From Eledone cirrhosa (Eukaryota): a stretch of 30,919 bases of DNA. The translations under genes were made by a program, and so were the position numbers. Positions 25,922-30,919 of the stretch are shown here, piece by piece. The stretch is from positions 1 through 30,919 of the forward strand of contig CAXHJY010001437.1 of NCBI GenBank assembly GCA_964016885.1. The letters are read 5' to 3'. Every line of letters begins with the position of its first letter. The first letter of the stretch is position 1. A model generated the notes under the pieces. That model was not told the origin of the DNA and searched no databases. It worked only from the letters and a program-made list of their open reading frames with translations.

Positions 25922-28153
25922 ATCCTAAAATAATTAATTTATCTAAAAGAGATCTTGACAATGATGAAATGCAAATTCTGTCAAAAGGACTGAAATTCAC
26001 ACCGACTCCAACAGTCAACCACCAAGAACTGAAGGAGGATACCCAAGAATTCTGTCGAAAATTACGTCTTGTAGAATTCTTCGCTGATAAAAATAATGAG
26101 AGTGATGAATCACTAGTAAAGAATAAATCAAATTTCACTCCGCCAAAAGGAAGAAATATCTATCTCGACCAGTACATTGACATCCTGTCTAAATTTCCTC
26201 TTAGACATAATACTAATGTTAGGCCAAACATTAACAAATCAGAAATGTCTGCACTTAAACGTATACAAAATGATAAAACAATAATAATTAAACAAGCAGA
26301 TAAAGGGGGTGCAGTTGTTATAATGGATACTGAATACTACAAGGATTTGGTTGAGGAACAACTGAAAGACAACATTCTATCATGAAATACCGTCAAATAT
26401 AGACCACAACATCATGAAGAAGATCAACAACCTGGCTTCAAAATACCACAACTCATTTACTGATAAGGAAAGAGACTACATCACCAATTTTGAGCCGAAA
26501 CCCAGCAACCTGTATGGCCTACCGAAAGTTCATAAGTCAAAAGAAATACAACTGGCAGTAAGAGAACAAAACAGTGAGTACATTAAATTATTACACCCAA
26601 AAGACTTAAAACTTAGACCTATTATAGCTGGTCCAACATGCCCCACCCACCGTCTAAGCAATTTTGTTGACATTATTTTGAAACCAATATGTATTCACAT
26701 ACCCAGTTTCATCTGGGATGATATCGACTTCCTGTCCCATCTTCCCAAAACCACGGAAACGAATTCACTTCTACACAGTTTTGATGTGGTAAGCCTTTAC
26801 ACCAACATTACACATGATTTAGGAATAAAGGCGGTTAAATACTGGGTGGAAAAACATAGAGAAGTGATTCCCATTAGATTCACAGCACCATTTATATTAG
26901 ACGCAGTTAAACTTATTCTGGAAAACAACACTTTCTTCTTCAATGGAAAGAATTACATCCAAATTAGAGGCACAGCGATGGGAACGAAGTTTGCTCCCGT
27001 TTACGCGAACTCTGTAATGGGATACTTAGAACAACAACTCTACCAAGAAATAGAGGAAAAATATAGTACTGACTTTAGAAAGTACATTGAAAAATCTTGG
27101 AAGAGATACCTTGACGACTGTTTCATCATCTGGACAGAATCTCTAGATACTCTGGATGAGTTCAATATCCTCCTGAATAACCTACACCCATCTCTCCAAT
27201 TCACAAAAGAGATGAGTAGGACCAAATTACCATTCTTAGATATAATGATAATCAAAAACGACACCACCATTACCACGGATATATATTATAAACACACAGA
27301 CACCCATCAATATCTGAATTTTAAGTCGTGCCATCCACCTCATACAAAACGCAACATCCCATACTGCCTAGCCAGAAGAATTTGTACCATTGTAGAAGAT
27401 ACGAATACCAGGTATAAACGCCTAACAGAACTAAGAGAATTTTTGCTCAAACAAAAACACCCATCTCTACTTATAGAAAATGGCATACAGCGGGCTATAA
27501 AAATACCTATACAACAACTTAGAACAACCCAAGGAAGAAGAAACCAAGAACTGGTCATACCATTTATAATGACACACAACCCATGTCACCAGAATATCTT
27601 CAACACTGCCAAAGCAAACCTACCGATCATTGCTCAAAGTAATGAATTAAAAGGCTTAATCACAGATCGATCTTTGACTCTTAGTAAAATACAGCCAAAA
27701 AATTTGAAGCAATTACTAACAAAAGCAAAGTTTGACCTTAACAACAAAGACCAATCATTCACTGTATCTAAATGCAATGATAGTCGATGCGGCACATGTC
27801 AATCCATACATGCCGGTCAATATATGAAAACAAAAACTGGAAAAATATTCCCAAATGCAAATATGAACTGCAAAAGCAGAAATCTAATTTACTGCATTAA
27901 ATGCCCGAATTGTGAAGAACTATATGTCGGTCAAACTGGAAATGCACTATCGGAACGTGCACGGGTACACCGTCAACAAATCAGAGACCCAAATGTCCGT
28001 CAGATACCCCTAAGCAACCACCAAGCAACATGTGGTCAGGGAATATTTATAATATTCCCATTCTACAAATTACACAGCCCAAGTGAAATCAAGAGAAAAA
28101 TCAAAGAAAAGAATTTTATTGATAAATTCAAACCCAAGCTAAATGAACAATAA
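25828..28153 (+). pseudogene. PLE reverse transcriptase + GIY-YIG endonuclease (one frameshift near 26374)
   Basis: IINLS..LSKGLKFTP, KQADKGGAVV, LYGLPKVHK, RPIIA, SFDVVSLYTNI, GTAMGTKFAP.YAN, RYLDD, LPFLD, CNDSRCGTC linker, NLIYCIKCPNCEELYVGQT..R..H..H..LN. Confidence 0.95.
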
Positions 28154-28366
28154 TAACGCTTAGGGGTATTACTTCTACTACCACTATGACCACGACCACT
28201 AACAACAACAACAACAACAACAACAATAATAATAATAATAAAAGTGATGTTGATGGTGATGATTAATAGAAAATGCTATTTTCATCATTTCTAAAAATAG
28301 CAAAACAATTGATGCTTTGGATATGATTATTGGTCGTTAGCATGCTCAACCAGCTGTGACGCTTAA

Positions 28367-28474
28367 ACCAATCAGCTTTAGTAATTCAGTGAAACTACAC
28401 ACTGATTGGTCGAAATACAGTTTACAGGGCTTAGCATTCTGGAGCCACTTTTCTCTGTATAAAATGTATAAAAG
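28367..28474 (+). promoter_or_regulatory. Candidate pLTR Pol II promoter
   Basis: Inverted pair ACCAATCAG / CTGATTGGT (CCAAT boxes) and TATAAAA twice, about 70 nt upstream of the HHR. AATAAA at ~28653 downstream. Confidence 0.45.
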
Positions 28475-28541
28475 GTAGTAAATTTACCCATCTCATTACA
28501 GTTGAAAATTGTAAACTCGACTGTCACGTCACCACATATTA

Positions 28542-28580
28542 TGAACCTGAAGATTGCGAAAGCATGAAAGTACTTGTTCA
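28542..28580 (+). ncRNA. Minimal type I hammerhead ribozyme in PLE pLTR
   Basis: UGAAC-CUGAAGA-UUGC(GAAA)GCAU-GAAA-GUAC-UU-GUUCA. 5-bp helix I, GNRA-capped helix II, palindromic helix III AAGUACUU. Confidence 0.85.
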
Positions 28581-28746
28581 ATTAACACTTAGAATTTAAT
28601 ATTCTATCATACTATTTCATTATAATACCATTATATATTTTAAAGGATTGTAAATAAAACGAGTAAATCAGACAAAGTTGGAATTCCTCTTATTAATATA
28701 ATCTTCTATACACAATCATACACACCCGTGTATATTTACCTATCTA

Positions 28747-30919
<2,173 letters not shown>

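Larger units (their letters stand above)
24765..28746 (+). mobile_element. Penelope-like retroelement (Neptune-type), 5'-truncated, two-ORF architecture
   Basis: ORF1 remnant, RT, Cys linker, GIY-YIG, (AAC)n(AAT)n tract and pLTR with HHR. Bounded by TA/TG microsatellite. Confidence 0.95.

Noticed and set aside
26371-26414. Second programmed frameshift or selenocysteine TGA in the RT
   Set aside because: Homology continues in another frame (FYHEIPSN) before the TGA and there is no slippery heptamer. Best explained as a 2-nt deletion.

Overview
AT-rich, repeat-saturated eukaryotic (animal) DNA. The dominant tRNA-derived SINE family resembles octopod cephalopod SINEs as I recall them; this is inference and was not searched. 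The only host coding sequence is the first coding exon of an SLC7/LAT-type amino-acid transporter (8533-8727, +). No later exon was recognised, so the remaining ~22 kb is probably intron. The window holds SINEs, hAT and Tigger-like MITEs, RTE-clade LINE relics, two restriction-like-endonuclease (R4/Dong-like) LINE fragments inserted in tandem into a (CATA)n tract, two Neptune-type Penelope-like elements (PLEs; RT + GIY-YIG) and ~8 kb of TA/TG microsatellite, whose long ORFs are artefacts. Highlights: (1) the large PLE (24765-28746) has an upstream helical/basic ORF1 that overlaps the RT-EN frame and joins it at an in-phase U_UUU_UUA slippery site, a gag-pol-like -1 frameshift architecture. (2) At least four minimal type I hammerhead ribozyme (HHR) motifs occur in three unrelated repeat families. 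(3) A ~320-nt non-coding HHR unit (18135-18655) has a circularly permuted inverted copy, suggesting a retrozyme-like tandem or circular RNA template; it also carries CTCF-like motifs. (4) The two RLE retrotransposons appear to target (CATA)n.
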